Below, piece by piece: positions 48,686-58,617 of a DNA stretch of 64,000 bases. Below the pieces are notes generated by a model that searched no databases, was not told the DNA's origin, and saw nothing but the letters and a program-made list of their open reading frames with translations. Position numbers and translations under genes: made by a program. The number at the start of each line of letters is the position of its first letter. Positions within the stretch are counted from its first letter, which is position 1. Source of the DNA: a virus (taxonomy: Duplodnaviria; Caudoviricetes); the IMG/VR virus record IMGVR_UViG_650627111_000001, positions 1 through 64,000 of that record. The stretch is one strand, 5' to 3'.

Positions 48686-49414
48686 ATGAAAAATGAAGCA
48701 CACAAGTTTGATCACCAAGTTTTCGGCGAGTTGCAGGTGGTCGTCTATGAAGATAAACCTCACTTTATTGCTAATGAAGTTTCGGATATTCTTGGTTACA
48801 AGCAACATAAAGACGGAAGGGCTCACTGTAAGTCATTGATTAAACTTAGCTTACCCGATTTACGAAAGCTGGGTTTGGAAAGTTTGGCTACCAATCCACA
48901 AGGCATTATCATCTGCCCAGAAAAAGATGTGTATCGTATGGTAATGCGAAGTAATCTCCCGAAAGCAGAGGAGTTTCAAGATTGGGTTATGGAAGAAGTA
49001 CTTCCAACCATCCGCAAAACTGGAGGTTTTGTATCTGATGTCGATCAGATTATTGACACCTTTTATAAAGATGAAAAGGAAGATATTAAGGCTATCATCC
49101 GAGCAAGTCTTGTATTCAGGAAAGAAAATCAACATAAAATTGATTTCGCAAACGATGTTACGGAAACTGTAGGATGGCAAGATATGAATTCTGTAGCTAA
49201 AGTACTAGGTCTGGGTCGGAATACCTTGTTTAGATATTTGCGTGAAATCGGTATCCTCATGGATAACAACTTACCTTACCAGCAATATATCACACAAGGT
49301 TATTTTAGAGTCAACCCTGTAACCAAATATGGTAGACAATTCAATGTAACACTGGTATCTGGTAAAGGTGAGGTATGGATCCATAAGAAACTTAAGGAAC
49401 ATAACTTAATCTAA
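48686..49414 (+). CDS. Bro-N / KilAC (ANT) antirepressor-like protein
   Basis: FG.L......P.F.A..V...LGY, S.LP.AE.FQDWV..EVLPTIRKTG; G.N.LF..LR...PYQ.Y...GYF; KG..WI. Confidence 0.9.
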   Translation: MKNEAHKFDHQVFGELQVVVYEDKPHFIANEVSDILGYKQHKDGRAHCKSLIKLSLPDLRKLGLESLATNPQGIIICPEKDVYRMVMRSNLPKAEEFQDWVMEEVLPTIRKTGGFVSDVDQIIDTFYKDEKEDIKAIIRASLVFRKENQHKIDFANDVTETVGWQDMNSVAKVLGLGRNTLFRYLREIGILMDNNLPYQQYITQGYFRVNPVTKYGRQFNVTLVSGKGEVWIHKKLKEHNLI

Positions 49415-49534
49415 CACCCAACCCTCTCATCTTCTGGTGCAGAGGGTTTTATTTTATGAAAAATTAAAATTTATATTGACAAGAAACCTCTCCTGCCTTA
49501 GTATATACACATCAACCAGATTAGGAGAGATGAT

Positions 49535-49960
49535 ATGTTTAAACATTTAATAGTGCTTGTTATTTTGGTACTTAGTGCTTCAGTTTACGCCAAATGTCCT
49601 GTAGAGGAGGTGATCTATACTCCTCATTGGCGAGAAAATTTTACAAGATTTCCTGCGGCAGAAAGATTATATGTTGTGCAGAAGATTGACAGAGGGGATT
49701 TTACAATCCTCGTACTTGATGGTTTGCAGATGGTAATCCTAGGATATAAAGAAGAGTTTAATAATATCCGAAAAGGTGTTGCAATGAGCAAGATTGCAGG
49801 GGAGTATTTCGGAAGAATTGATGTAGACTTAGGATTAACAGATTTATCCGGTTTTCCTGTGGATAAAGAAGTATGGATCCCTATTACAGTAAAGGATCTG
49901 AGAGATATGTGCTCATCCGAGGCTGCAAAAGACAGTTTTTGGGTGCATAGACAAAAATAA
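49535..49960 (+). CDS. Hypothetical exported protein
   Basis: Signal peptide; own promoter (TTGACA-17-TAGTAT) and terminator (49975-50004). Confidence 0.7.
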   Translation: MFKHLIVLVILVLSASVYAKCPVEEVIYTPHWRENFTRFPAAERLYVVQKIDRGDFTILVLDGLQMVILGYKEEFNNIRKGVAMSKIAGEYFGRIDVDLGLTDLSGFPVDKEVWIPITVKDLRDMCSSEAAKDSFWVHRQK

Positions 49961-50005
49961 GGTAGTATAAACAACAAAGCCTCCCATTTTGGGAGGCTCT
50001 TTTTA

Positions 50006-50665
50006 TCACTCGAAAAACTTTAATGTGTAGTTCTGCTTGCCATTGACAACATCTTCTGGGTACCACCCGAATCTATATTTACCAACCGTAAATTTGAAAT
50101 GTTGTTTATCACTTTCGTACATACTGTATTTCGCATTGTATGCTGTATTGCGCATAAGCCATAATGTTGTTGATAACCAACACTTGCGCAAACTAACATT
50201 ACCTAATTGCTTATCACCTAGCTCGAAGCGATTACCAAATTTGCGCGAGAGTAAATATTGATATTCAGATTTTAACCTTTCACCGAAGAATTTCATCACC
50301 CAACTTTTACGCTCTCCGTCAAGGATTGTCTTGATAAAGGTTGTATCTGTGGAGTCATAATTCGAGTCATCATCACACCAAATCCACACTACCCAATACC
50401 AAAATAAGTATTGTAGGTAAGATACCTGTTTAAACCGCACTACTCCTTCTCCAACACGTTTTCCATCCAGTACCCACCCATTAACTACCTTTTTGGGATG
50501 ACGCTCCTCTAAGCGTTTTAGCCACTTTCCTGTGGATAGGTGGTAATTGTAAACAATATTGGTTGCTTTGTGACGAAATCCAGCAATCACCCAGAACCAG
50601 AATAACCCTACCACTTTACGGATTGGTGTGAATAGTAAGATGAGAATGTATTGGAGAATGTGCAT
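50006..50665 (-). CDS. Trp-rich membrane-associated phage protein
   Basis: Hydrophobic N-terminus; W.DDD..., W..RN.AYN. Confidence 0.65.
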   Translation of the reverse strand: MHILQYILILLFTPIRKVVGLFWFWVIAGFRHKATNIVYNYHLSTGKWLKRLEERHPKKVVNGWVLDGKRVGEGVVRFKQVSYLQYLFWYWVVWIWCDDDSNYDSTDTTFIKTILDGERKSWVMKFFGERLKSEYQYLLSRKFGNRFELGDKQLGNVSLRKCWLSTTLWLMRNTAYNAKYSMYESDKQHFKFTVGKYRFGWYPEDVVNGKQNYTLKFFE

Positions 50666-50668
50666 GAT

Positions 50669-51001
50669 TTATCCTAGTGTGATTGTTAATCCTGTGACGT
50701 TTAAGCTACCCTCACTTCCATAAATCTCTGGTACAGTGAGTGCAAAGGTACCTAACCAATCGCCACCTGTTGCAGCATTGAATAAATGAATGTGCGAGAC
50801 ACTACCACCTGCAGGAATAGTAATTGGTGTAGATGTATTACCTACGATGCTTCCAGAGCTTGCAGCAGCGAATACGATGATTTGGCGTGGAGTGGTAAGC
50901 TCATCTCCTACAGAGGAGGAAGAACTTGCTGCTGCATAAACATATGTACCATTCTTAACAGCAGCTTCGAGCATAATATTTTTGGAGAAATTAGAAAGCA
51001 T
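50669..51001 (-). CDS. Virion structural protein (beta-rich)
   Basis: R..I.F.AA..G, H..LF.A.TGG. Confidence 0.65.
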   Translation of the reverse strand: MLSNFSKNIMLEAAVKNGTYVYAAASSSSSVGDELTTPRQIIVFAAASSGSIVGNTSTPITIPAGGSVSHIHLFNAATGGDWLGTFALTVPEIYGSEGSLNVTGLTITLG

Positions 51002-51375
51002 TATACGATTCCTTTTACTTTTGGTAGTGTACGAATGTTGAGGTATTCACTCAGCACTGTAGTGATACGACCACTATCATCTACAATTTTAACAGTTTGA
51101 AATAATTGCCCTTGGCGGATATTGGCTTGGTCACTGCGCAAATCCACCAAAATCTTCCCGTTTGTACGATCTGGAATAGTGATAAATCCATCAGCTAATT
51201 CTGTCTCAAAAATAGGATTAACTAAATCATTACTGTACCATATACCGTACACAACATTAATGATAGTGTTTAAATCTTGTGGGATGGTTTGTGCTTCATC
51301 TTCAAACACTTGCACTTCAAGAATATAACTATCACCAGCAATATAATCATCATCAGAGATCATCACCCACCCCAA
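51001..51375 (-). CDS. BppU-N-like virion protein
   Basis: GDS....V.......DL, I.D...G...V.L. Confidence 0.6.
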   Translation of the reverse strand: MGWVMISDDDYIAGDSYILEVQVFEDEAQTIPQDLNTIINVVYGIWYSNDLVNPIFETELADGFITIPDRTNGKILVDLRSDQANIRQGQLFQTVKIVDDSGRITTVLSEYLNIRTLPKVKGIV

Positions 51376-51701
51376 CTTTTGTTTGTAACTTTACGTACAA
51401 CATGTCTAGCACTCATGCTGAATTTGCGTATCACTTTCTTGGCGAAGATTGTGAATACCTTCTTAAATGTAACCATTTCATGTGAGATAGTTTGGAGGTA
51501 ATCAATTCTAGTATTCACACGTTTGTGTGCTCCAACCTCTTCCTCATTAATAAGATTAACACTTGTTGGTGAAACTGTAACTTCTTTGTTAGAAATTATT
51601 TCTTGCGTTTCTCCAAGATTTCCCGATAATGTATGTGAGGTTTCTTTTCGTACATCAACACTTGAGGAGTGTCCTTGTACAAACTCCTCGATATTACTCA
51701 T
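51363..51701 (-). CDS. Hypothetical protein
   Basis: AGGAG RBS and upstream extended -10. Confidence 0.6.
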   Translation of the reverse strand: MSNIEEFVQGHSSSVDVRKETSHTLSGNLGETQEIISNKEVTVSPTSVNLINEEEVGAHKRVNTRIDYLQTISHEMVTFKKVFTIFAKKVIRKFSMSARHVVRKVTNKSWGG

Positions 51702-51851
51702 GCCTAACTCCTGTATCAGATTGCATATATAGATTATACCAGAAATGAGTATTTTATGTAAGAGGAGAAATTTTTGTTGACAGGGTAAATTTTATATCAT
51801 AAGATTACATACATCGAAGCAATAGTGCTTTATAACTAAAGGAGAATTAAA

Positions 51852-52085
51852 ATGGGTTGCAAAAATTATATGACTTGGAATACCTATCCAGAGCAAGGTT
51901 CATATCTTGGAAAACGTGTTCAAGTGTGTTTTCACTATGATACACAGCCAGAACATATGTTTAAAGGTAAAATTATCAGAGATGATATGGTTGATGAAAC
52001 TCAAGGATTAACAATTATCTTGTTAGATGATGGTCGCGTTGTTACATCAACTGAATGTCAATACTCGATTGTTAAAGAGAAATGA
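51852..52085 (+). CDS. Conserved-type phage protein
   Basis: P.QG...GKRV.VCFHYD...G.I.RDD...LDDGRVV...ECQY. Confidence 0.7.
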   Translation: MGCKNYMTWNTYPEQGSYLGKRVQVCFHYDTQPEHMFKGKIIRDDMVDETQGLTIILLDDGRVVTSTECQYSIVKEK

Positions 52086-52297
52086 TCATGAAAACAAAAC
52101 AATCAGAATGGATGAAAGGTTTGCTTTATGCAGAAAGTGAACGTCAGCGATTAGAGGATAAAGGTTGCAACAAGAAGGAGATTGATAACCACCTTCTCAA
52201 CCTGCACATTAGTGAAGATTTGCATTGGAACACTACCGCTTGGTTGGAAGGTTTCGATGATTATCGCAATGCTTACTTGCGAGGAGAGATTGTATGA
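52082..52297 (+). CDS. Hypothetical protein
   Basis: Overlapping operon gene. Confidence 0.6.
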   Translation: MIMKTKQSEWMKGLLYAESERQRLEDKGCNKKEIDNHLLNLHISEDLHWNTTAWLEGFDDYRNAYLRGEIV

Positions 52298-52614
52298 AGT
52301 TGTTGGGATACGAGATTACAATCAAACGTAAACCCTCCTCTCAGGAGAACACCCATAATAAAGATGATACATACTCTCGTGTGGAGAATTTGTTATTGCA
52401 AGGTGGATACGGATGTGTGCAAAAGTTAGATTTCCTCACACGAGAAACATCTTTCGATGAAATGTGCATGGATTCACTTGACAAGGTAGAATTTCTGATG
52501 CATATTGAGAGTGCATTCGGGATTGATATCTTGGATGAGAAATTTGCAACATGTCAGACGATTGGTGGTGTTGTGGATTTGGTTGATTGGGTTTTAGGTG
52601 ATAAGCACCAATAA
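52294..52614 (+). CDS. Acyl carrier protein-like
   Basis: DSLDKVEFLM.IE..FGIDI.DE....T.G.VVD with the phosphopantetheine Ser. Confidence 0.85.
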   Translation: MKLLGYEITIKRKPSSQENTHNKDDTYSRVENLLLQGGYGCVQKLDFLTRETSFDEMCMDSLDKVEFLMHIESAFGIDILDEKFATCQTIGGVVDLVDWVLGDKHQ

Positions 52615-52749
52615 TCCTTTTAAATTATACACTTACAGTTTAAAGCTTCCTATAGTGGTATGTAGGTGTTGTTTAGTAGATTGTATTGGTTGGGTGAAGT
52701 ATTGACTACAACATATTAAAGTGTTATAATATTTTTAGGAGGTGCTAAA

Positions 52750-52968
52750 ATGTTAAAGTGTGAACTGATCAAGGCTTATAAAAGTGTTATGGTAGAAAAC
52801 AATTTTACCTACACTGACATTTGCAAACTGACTGGATTTTCACCATCACAAGTGGCCAACATATTACTACACGAGGGTAAATTGGTATCAATCGAAAAAA
52901 TGCTTGATGGTTTGGATAAGATGGGTTTCGGTGTTGAATTGAGTTTTTATCACAAAGAGGAATCGTAA
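52750..52968 (+). CDS. XRE-type HTH regulator
   Basis: T..DI..LTG.S.SQV..I.....VSIEKM; own promoter. Confidence 0.75.
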   Translation: MLKCELIKAYKSVMVENNFTYTDICKLTGFSPSQVANILLHEGKLVSIEKMLDGLDKMGFGVELSFYHKEES

Positions 52969-53156
52969 TGGCTTCATTGAGAACCGTTCTGTCGGAAGAT
53001 AACATGGACGTGGTTATGTACCTTGTCCGTAAATTCGACAAGAACCCAAGTGACATTATAAACATGATTATTGAAAACCCCACACTACTAATTGACGCGA
53101 GGAGCGAAGTAGATGAGTGCAATGAAAAAGGTAGACTTACCTGCAAAAAACAGTAA
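52968..53156 (+). CDS. Small putative RHH protein
   Basis: ORF coupled to its neighbours. Confidence 0.5.
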   Translation: MASLRTVLSEDNMDVVMYLVRKFDKNPSDIINMIIENPTLLIDARSEVDECNEKGRLTCKKQ

Positions 53157-54780
53157 AGATAGACCGTTTAAGTTTCAGGTTAACATTAACAGATTATCAA
53201 AGAAGTCCCGTCATATAAGGGATTCAGAGGATTCTATACTCAAATCTTTAAAAATTTTCGCCTCTCTTAAATTATCGCACAGGGGATATGATTGTGTGTG
53301 TGTTGATAATAAGTTGTTGTATGATTATTTGAATTCTTACTCTTCTATATATACTGGTATTGTTGATCTTAATACCAAGTTCTGTGAAGAGTTTGGTGTA
53401 GAGGATTTTAAGACTAAGTTTTGGTCTAGTGATAGTTCTGTTTTAATGACTGTCTATGATAAGATGTCTGTAAGCGCATCACCTGACTACTCGATAAAGA
53501 AAGGGGAGTTGGCTTGTAAGGGATCTACAGAAACACTTTACGGTATGTTCAGAGAGTACATGGTTAATAAGGGAACATTGAGAATATCTGAGAAGAAGTA
53601 TATGGCTACTTGCAAGTGGTTGGTAGTATTCTTAAATCAAGTGGTTAAGAATCAGTGTTTTGGTATAAAATACACCAGAACTAGTAACTTTAAATCAGAA
53701 CACAATGTTTGCAACAAAGACTTCTCAATACCAGTGTGCCTCAACCTTATTGGCATGTTAGATGAATATGGGTTGATACTGGACTACACAGGTAATAAGT
53801 TGTTTGGCTCTAAGAACATGAGTATGATGATACCGTCTAGAGAGCTTTTTGAAATGCTTCAAATCAAAGGTAATGTATCGGTGTCAACAGAACCTAAAGA
53901 TCCTGTCAAGATTTTAGATAAGAATGATAATCTTGTCACAAAAGAGAATTTGTCAGAGGGATTCACTGAGGTTTATGAAAGGTCTGTAGATGTAATCACC
54001 AAACATAAAAACCTACTAGATAAACACCAAATAAGTTTTGGAGATTTCCGATTACCCGAGTATTGGTTACAGAGGACAATGCGCGTAGATGTTGAGATAA
54101 ATAGTAGGTTCTTCGACAACGGTACTGTGCAAAGTAAGACTAAGATTGTACGCAGTTATCTTACGATAGATGGTGAAAGTACAGTGTCTCTTGACTTCAA
54201 ATCGATACACCCTTGTATGCTGTTGGAAATGGAAGGTTATAGTATCAAAAACCATGACCCTTACCCAACATTTAAGGATATAAAGGTTGACGTGAAGCTG
54301 ATTAACAAATTCAAATCTTATTACAATATTAGTAAATATGACCCTGTTAGAAATATTATCAAGCGATTAATGTTGTGTATGATAAATGCAAAGAGTGTCA
54401 ACGAGGCAGTTGGTAGTTGCTACGAGGATTTGAGAGCCGATTCCTTGAAGAAAGGTACATTCAGGGAGGATACAATGAAGTATATTGGGCTGCCAAGAGT
54501 TAACTTGCATGAAATAGCTAAGAAGTTGTGTGAACACAATCACATGATTAGTAAATACTTCGGTGTCGGTATCGGTAATAAGTTACAATATAAAGATAGT
54601 GCTATAATGTTGGAGGCATTAGATTCACTGACGTATAGTGATATCCCTTGCTTCCCTGTACACGATGCCTTGATCTGTAAAGAGTCAGATGCTAATGTGG
54701 TAGAGGATGTTATGGCGAAAGCATTTGTCAAGGTAATGGGTGATGGTAGTGAAAAGAATTGTATAATTGAAAGGGAGTGA
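53113..54780 (+). CDS. Divergent family A polymerase-fold protein
   Basis: SRFF....Q......R..L.IDGE.TV.LDFKSIHP (motif A), R...K (B), LQ..DS, PVHDAL (C); no exonuclease domain. Confidence 0.7.
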   Translation: MSAMKKVDLPAKNSKDRPFKFQVNINRLSKKSRHIRDSEDSILKSLKIFASLKLSHRGYDCVCVDNKLLYDYLNSYSSIYTGIVDLNTKFCEEFGVEDFKTKFWSSDSSVLMTVYDKMSVSASPDYSIKKGELACKGSTETLYGMFREYMVNKGTLRISEKKYMATCKWLVVFLNQVVKNQCFGIKYTRTSNFKSEHNVCNKDFSIPVCLNLIGMLDEYGLILDYTGNKLFGSKNMSMMIPSRELFEMLQIKGNVSVSTEPKDPVKILDKNDNLVTKENLSEGFTEVYERSVDVITKHKNLLDKHQISFGDFRLPEYWLQRTMRVDVEINSRFFDNGTVQSKTKIVRSYLTIDGESTVSLDFKSIHPCMLLEMEGYSIKNHDPYPTFKDIKVDVKLINKFKSYYNISKYDPVRNIIKRLMLCMINAKSVNEAVGSCYEDLRADSLKKGTFREDTMKYIGLPRVNLHEIAKKLCEHNHMISKYFGVGIGNKLQYKDSAIMLEALDSLTYSDIPCFPVHDALICKESDANVVEDVMAKAFVKVMGDGSEKNCIIERE

Positions 54781-55205
54781 AGGATATGGAGTATAGATTA
54801 GTTTTTGAAACTTGTGTGGCAAGTAATCCTGACAGGTTTCTTGGAGGTGACTGGTATGAAGGTATACTGCCATTATCAAGATTGAGGGTATTAGATGGTG
54901 GTGACTTAGAAGTAAATGTTTACAATACAAAACTCTCTTGTTATATTAGCTGTGTATTGGGTAGGGTTATTGACTCAGAAACACTCAGTATTAAAAATAG
55001 ACACATTCGAGATTGTAATGTCATTGTTGATTTCTTATCAGAGTATCCTGAAGGAAGATTTGAATTAGATGGTAAAGTTAAATCTCTAGTCATAAAACAT
55101 ATGAGGGATTTTATCAAAAAATCAGGGTATATTATTTTCGAAAATCAATGCTTTAATCACTCAAACTTGTATGACGGTGTAGATATTATAGGTCTTAGAG
55201 ATTAA
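54777..55205 (+). CDS. Hypothetical protein
   Basis: Overlapping operon gene. Confidence 0.6.
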   Translation: MKDMEYRLVFETCVASNPDRFLGGDWYEGILPLSRLRVLDGGDLEVNVYNTKLSCYISCVLGRVIDSETLSIKNRHIRDCNVIVDFLSEYPEGRFELDGKVKSLVIKHMRDFIKKSGYIIFENQCFNHSNLYDGVDIIGLRD

Positions 55206-55267
55206 AACTAGTTGACAACCACACCCGGATAGACTATTCTGTCAGGGTATTCATTTATTGGAGGGTT

Positions 55268-55849
55268 ATGGCATTACAAGGTTATTATGTTAAGCTTGTT
55301 GAGCGAAAAGATATTCGAGATTTTATTGAAACTTGGCATTACTCACAAAACATAAACGGCTGTATTGCAGATTACTGTTTTGCTTTATATAGCCCGCAGC
55401 ACGAGATGGTAGGTGCAATGTTCTACGGTAAGATGGCTATGGCTAATCAATGGAAGAGGTTTTCTGATAAGCCTGAAAATGTTATAGAGTTACGCAGACT
55501 TTGTTGTATAGATGATACACCACGAAATACTGAGAGTTTCTTTATTGGTAAAACTCTTAAACTATTACGAAAACTTTGGTGTAAGAATGGTATTGTTGTT
55601 TCTTATGCTGATAAAGAATATGGGCATGAAGGCACTATTTACAAAGCATCTAATTTCAAAGATTTCGGAGATATTTCTGGTGCAAGGGTAATAATATATA
55701 ACGGAAAACGTTACCATGATAAAACTATCCGTACAAAGTACAAAGGTGAGTTGAAACCTTTTTCCAAGAAAATTAAAGATGCACTATTAACAGGCGAAGC
55801 GTACTATGTTAAAACTGCAGGTAAGAAAACATACGTTTACTATTTATGA
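55268..55849 (+). CDS. Mom-like (GNAT-fold) DNA modification protein
   Basis: HYS, ELRRL.......NTES.FI, VSYAD...GH.GTIYKASNF. Confidence 0.85.
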   Translation: MALQGYYVKLVERKDIRDFIETWHYSQNINGCIADYCFALYSPQHEMVGAMFYGKMAMANQWKRFSDKPENVIELRRLCCIDDTPRNTESFFIGKTLKLLRKLWCKNGIVVSYADKEYGHEGTIYKASNFKDFGDISGARVIIYNGKRYHDKTIRTKYKGELKPFSKKIKDALLTGEAYYVKTAGKKTYVYYL

Positions 55850-55859
55850 GGAGAAAATT

Positions 55860-56147
55860 ATGAACAATCTTAAACAAAAATGGAATAACTTGGCGAAATG
55901 GCAGAAGATTTCTGCAGGTGTTATCGGTGTGGTGGTTGCAATCTATATGGCAAGCTATCTCTATGGTAAGACAGTGTTTAACCCGCAACAGTGTTATGCA
56001 TTGTACGGTAATCGCCTATTCACAGCAGCGTCACTTCAAGCATTGCATGTTAATTCTGTAGGCACTACATTACCGCCAATCATTAAGCATGGGGTTGTGA
56101 ATGGTGCGAAGAAGCGTATTCATGAGTGTTATATGGAAGGGAAGTAG
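55860..56147 (+). CDS. Membrane-anchored hypothetical protein
   Basis: GAGGAG RBS, one TM helix. Confidence 0.6.
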   Translation: MNNLKQKWNNLAKWQKISAGVIGVVVAIYMASYLYGKTVFNPQQCYALYGNRLFTAASLQALHVNSVGTTLPPIIKHGVVNGAKKRIHECYMEGK

Positions 56148-56151
56148 TAGT

Positions 56152-56451
56152 ATGGAACAAGTATTGTTCGACACAAAAGCTTTCTTCACCACAAGAGAGT
56201 TAGATTCTAAGCAAGAACTTGAACGTGATGATATTGGTAATGTTTTTCTGGTGTATTATTCACGGCATAGAGACTATGACAGGTATGAGGGTAAAGTGTC
56301 AGATTGGTCAGAATGGGAAGCGTCTGGTGTAAATTTGCAAGTTGGGTTTGCTAAGAAGCTTACATTATTCGATAAAATATGCGGTTGGCTTGGCACAGGT
56401 GAATGGAAAGAGTATAAAACGGTTATGTGTGTTGGGTTTAAGGAGGAGTAA
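56152..56451 (+). CDS. Hypothetical protein
   Basis: Operon gene. Confidence 0.55.
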   Translation: MEQVLFDTKAFFTTRELDSKQELERDDIGNVFLVYYSRHRDYDRYEGKVSDWSEWEASGVNLQVGFAKKLTLFDKICGWLGTGEWKEYKTVMCVGFKEE

Positions 56452-56453
56452 TT

Positions 56454-56735
56454 ATGAAACTAAAAGATGCTGTACGAGAAACTGTTCAAGAAATTACAAG
56501 TTGCTTCAATCTAGAGTGGTTGACCGCTGTTATGGTGCTTATAGTAGATGCGGTAATGTTTATAATCACTATTGTATCTGGTGGCGCGAGTGTAATCGGT
56601 ACTATTGTGTATTTTCTAGCACCAGAAGAGTTTCTGCACCAAGAGATAGGGGCGAGACTATTTATTGTGTGGGTAGTGTTTATTTGCTCAGGGTTTATTA
56701 CACGAGTTATTTACAAAATGATAGAGGAGGAATAA
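56454..56735 (+). CDS. Membrane protein (two TM segments)
   Basis: Hydrophobic segments, GGAGG RBS. Confidence 0.65.
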   Translation: MKLKDAVRETVQEITSCFNLEWLTAVMVLIVDAVMFIITIVSGGASVIGTIVYFLAPEEFLHQEIGARLFIVWVVFICSGFITRVIYKMIEEE

Positions 56736-56736
56736 T

Positions 56737-56988
56737 ATGGACAAGAAAATAGCAGAACGTGGTATTAATCTTATAGAAACACGCCAATCTTTATTAGGTG
56801 ACCTTAAATGGGTAGAGGGTTGTACCAAAGATATTGAATTAAAGGTGCGAGGAAAGACGGTGATGAGAACGCACCATGAAATTTGCGATGACACTAAACT
56901 TATCGAAACCATTATCCACAATAGGATTTCTCGTCGTATTAAACAGATTGAGGAAGAACTTATTGAATTGGGTTTCGATTATGACTAA
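56737..56988 (+). CDS. Hypothetical protein
   Basis: GGAGG RBS. Confidence 0.65.
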   Translation: MDKKIAERGINLIETRQSLLGDLKWVEGCTKDIELKVRGKTVMRTHHEICDDTKLIETIIHNRISRRIKQIEEELIELGFDYD

Positions 56989-57118
56989 ATAACCAACATC
57001 AAAAATAAAACCCCTAGAGCGATTCTAGGGGCATTTTAACATCTATCCTAATACATCCTACACCTTGCACACCAAATCATCACTATGAAGCTTACAACGT
57101 GTTTTATAGGGTGTTTAA

Positions 57119-57646
57119 CTATGGTCTCCAAGGACGATTACCACCACCAAAGTAATTATTGTACTTCACTTGTTCCCATCTACTTTGAGAATCAATTGCA
57201 CCTTGGTATCCATTCACATTTCCACCACCGATAACTACAGCTCCAGTAGGGGCATCTCCTGTTCCTGTTGGGAACACAACACAACCAATCATTCCCGTCG
57301 GATCTTCCTTAACCTTATCCATCAAATCTTCCCAAGAGGATTGTTTCCCTATGGTACTATCAGATGAATACTTCTCAAGGATTTCGTGCTTACCACGCTT
57401 CTCACGACGCTCGATCACAGCACCACCAGAAACACTACTGCTACTACCTTTAGCATCTTGCTTGATAAAATAGCGTAATACCGCTAAGACAACTTCATAC
57501 TTCTGGCGACAAAGGGTGTATTCTGGTTGAGGGAATTGCTCTAGTGTCATAGAGATGATCACATCCAATACAACATCTGGTAGATCTGATTCAGTTAACC
57601 CAGCAAACCAGAATCGTACCCACTCATTCCATTCTGTACTATTCAT
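57119..57646 (-). CDS. Head-tail adaptor protein
   Basis: Helical N-terminus, G.V......G.....Y motif; structural strand. Confidence 0.65.
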   Translation of the reverse strand: MNSTEWNEWVRFWFAGLTESDLPDVVLDVIISMTLEQFPQPEYTLCRQKYEVVLAVLRYFIKQDAKGSSSSVSGGAVIERREKRGKHEILEKYSSDSTIGKQSSWEDLMDKVKEDPTGMIGCVVFPTGTGDAPTGAVVIGGGNVNGYQGAIDSQSRWEQVKYNNYFGGGNRPWRP

Positions 57647-57815
57647 TCATATTTTCTCCAAAACAGGTAAAATTTATGTTGACAAAGGTCAACGGCATGT
57701 ATAAATTATACCACGAAAGCGTAAAAACTTACATAAAGAGTTGTTGACAAACTAACATTGATTGACTAAATTTAAATCGTAACAAGAAAGTTACTAACCC
57801 TTAAGGAGAAAAGAG

Positions 57816-57980
57816 ATGGAAAAGAAATCATTAGAGCAAGCGACAAAAGAATGTATCTTATCATTAGAAACATTAGTACTACCTAAATTTATCCGTGCAG
57901 CAGAAGCACTACGTAAGGCAGAAGATAACTATCGTGAAGCTTGTGAGAAACTAAAAGCTGCAGGTCTGAACAAGAAATAG
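57816..57980 (+). CDS. Small hypothetical protein (not in ORF track)
   Basis: AGGAG RBS, MEKKSLEQ...; TTGACA promoter. Confidence 0.55.
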   Translation: MEKKSLEQATKECILSLETLVLPKFIRAAEALRKAEDNYREACEKLKAAGLNKK

Positions 57981-58008
57981 ACTAATATTATCATCATAAC
58001 AGAAGGAG

Positions 58009-58203
58009 TTGATTATGAAAGATTTTGAGAAAGAATATTTTAACTTGCTAGACCAAATTGATAAATTGTACGAAGAGAAATCTGTATTAGAGGATCAACT
58101 CAGTATCACACGAAAAGCATTACTCTCTTTAGTGAATAAGCGCCGAACTGGACGTACGATAGGGTTAGAGATAAAAGTTGAAGAATTTTTAAGTTTATGT
58201 TGA
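58009..58203 (+). CDS. Hypothetical coiled-coil protein
   Basis: AGGAG RBS. Confidence 0.55.
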   Translation: MIMKDFEKEYFNLLDQIDKLYEEKSVLEDQLSITRKALLSLVNKRRTGRTIGLEIKVEEFLSLC

Positions 58204-58285
58204 CATATGAAATTCCATGTGAGATATTTACCCCGTCAAGCGATTATGTTTGACGGGGATTTTTGTTGATAGAAGGAGAAATATT

Positions 58286-58606
58286 ATGAGTTGGGTTAAG
58301 GTTGAAGATTTCGTAGACCAAGTTAAAAATATGGAAGATAGGATTATCAGCGTCAGTATTGACACAAGAGATATCGCCTGTTTTGTAACTGATGCTAATG
58401 ACGTTGGTAGTGTAGATTTCCGTTACCACACCAATGATATACTTGAAGTTATGTATAAGACTCGAAACTACGAATGGTGTTGGGTTAACAACATGTCCTT
58501 TAAGTATGTAAAATTGTTAATGAATACACAGACTAAAATGTGTTGTTTAATGGATCGTTATGGGGAAGTAAGAACACTTGATGATTTAAAGCATCAACAT
58601 AAATAA
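58286..58606 (+). CDS. Hypothetical protein
   Basis: AGGAG RBS before MSWVKV. Confidence 0.6.
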   Translation: MSWVKVEDFVDQVKNMEDRIISVSIDTRDIACFVTDANDVGSVDFRYHTNDILEVMYKTRNYEWCWVNNMSFKYVKLLMNTQTKMCCLMDRYGEVRTLDDLKHQHK

Positions 58607-58617
58607 GGAGAAAAATT

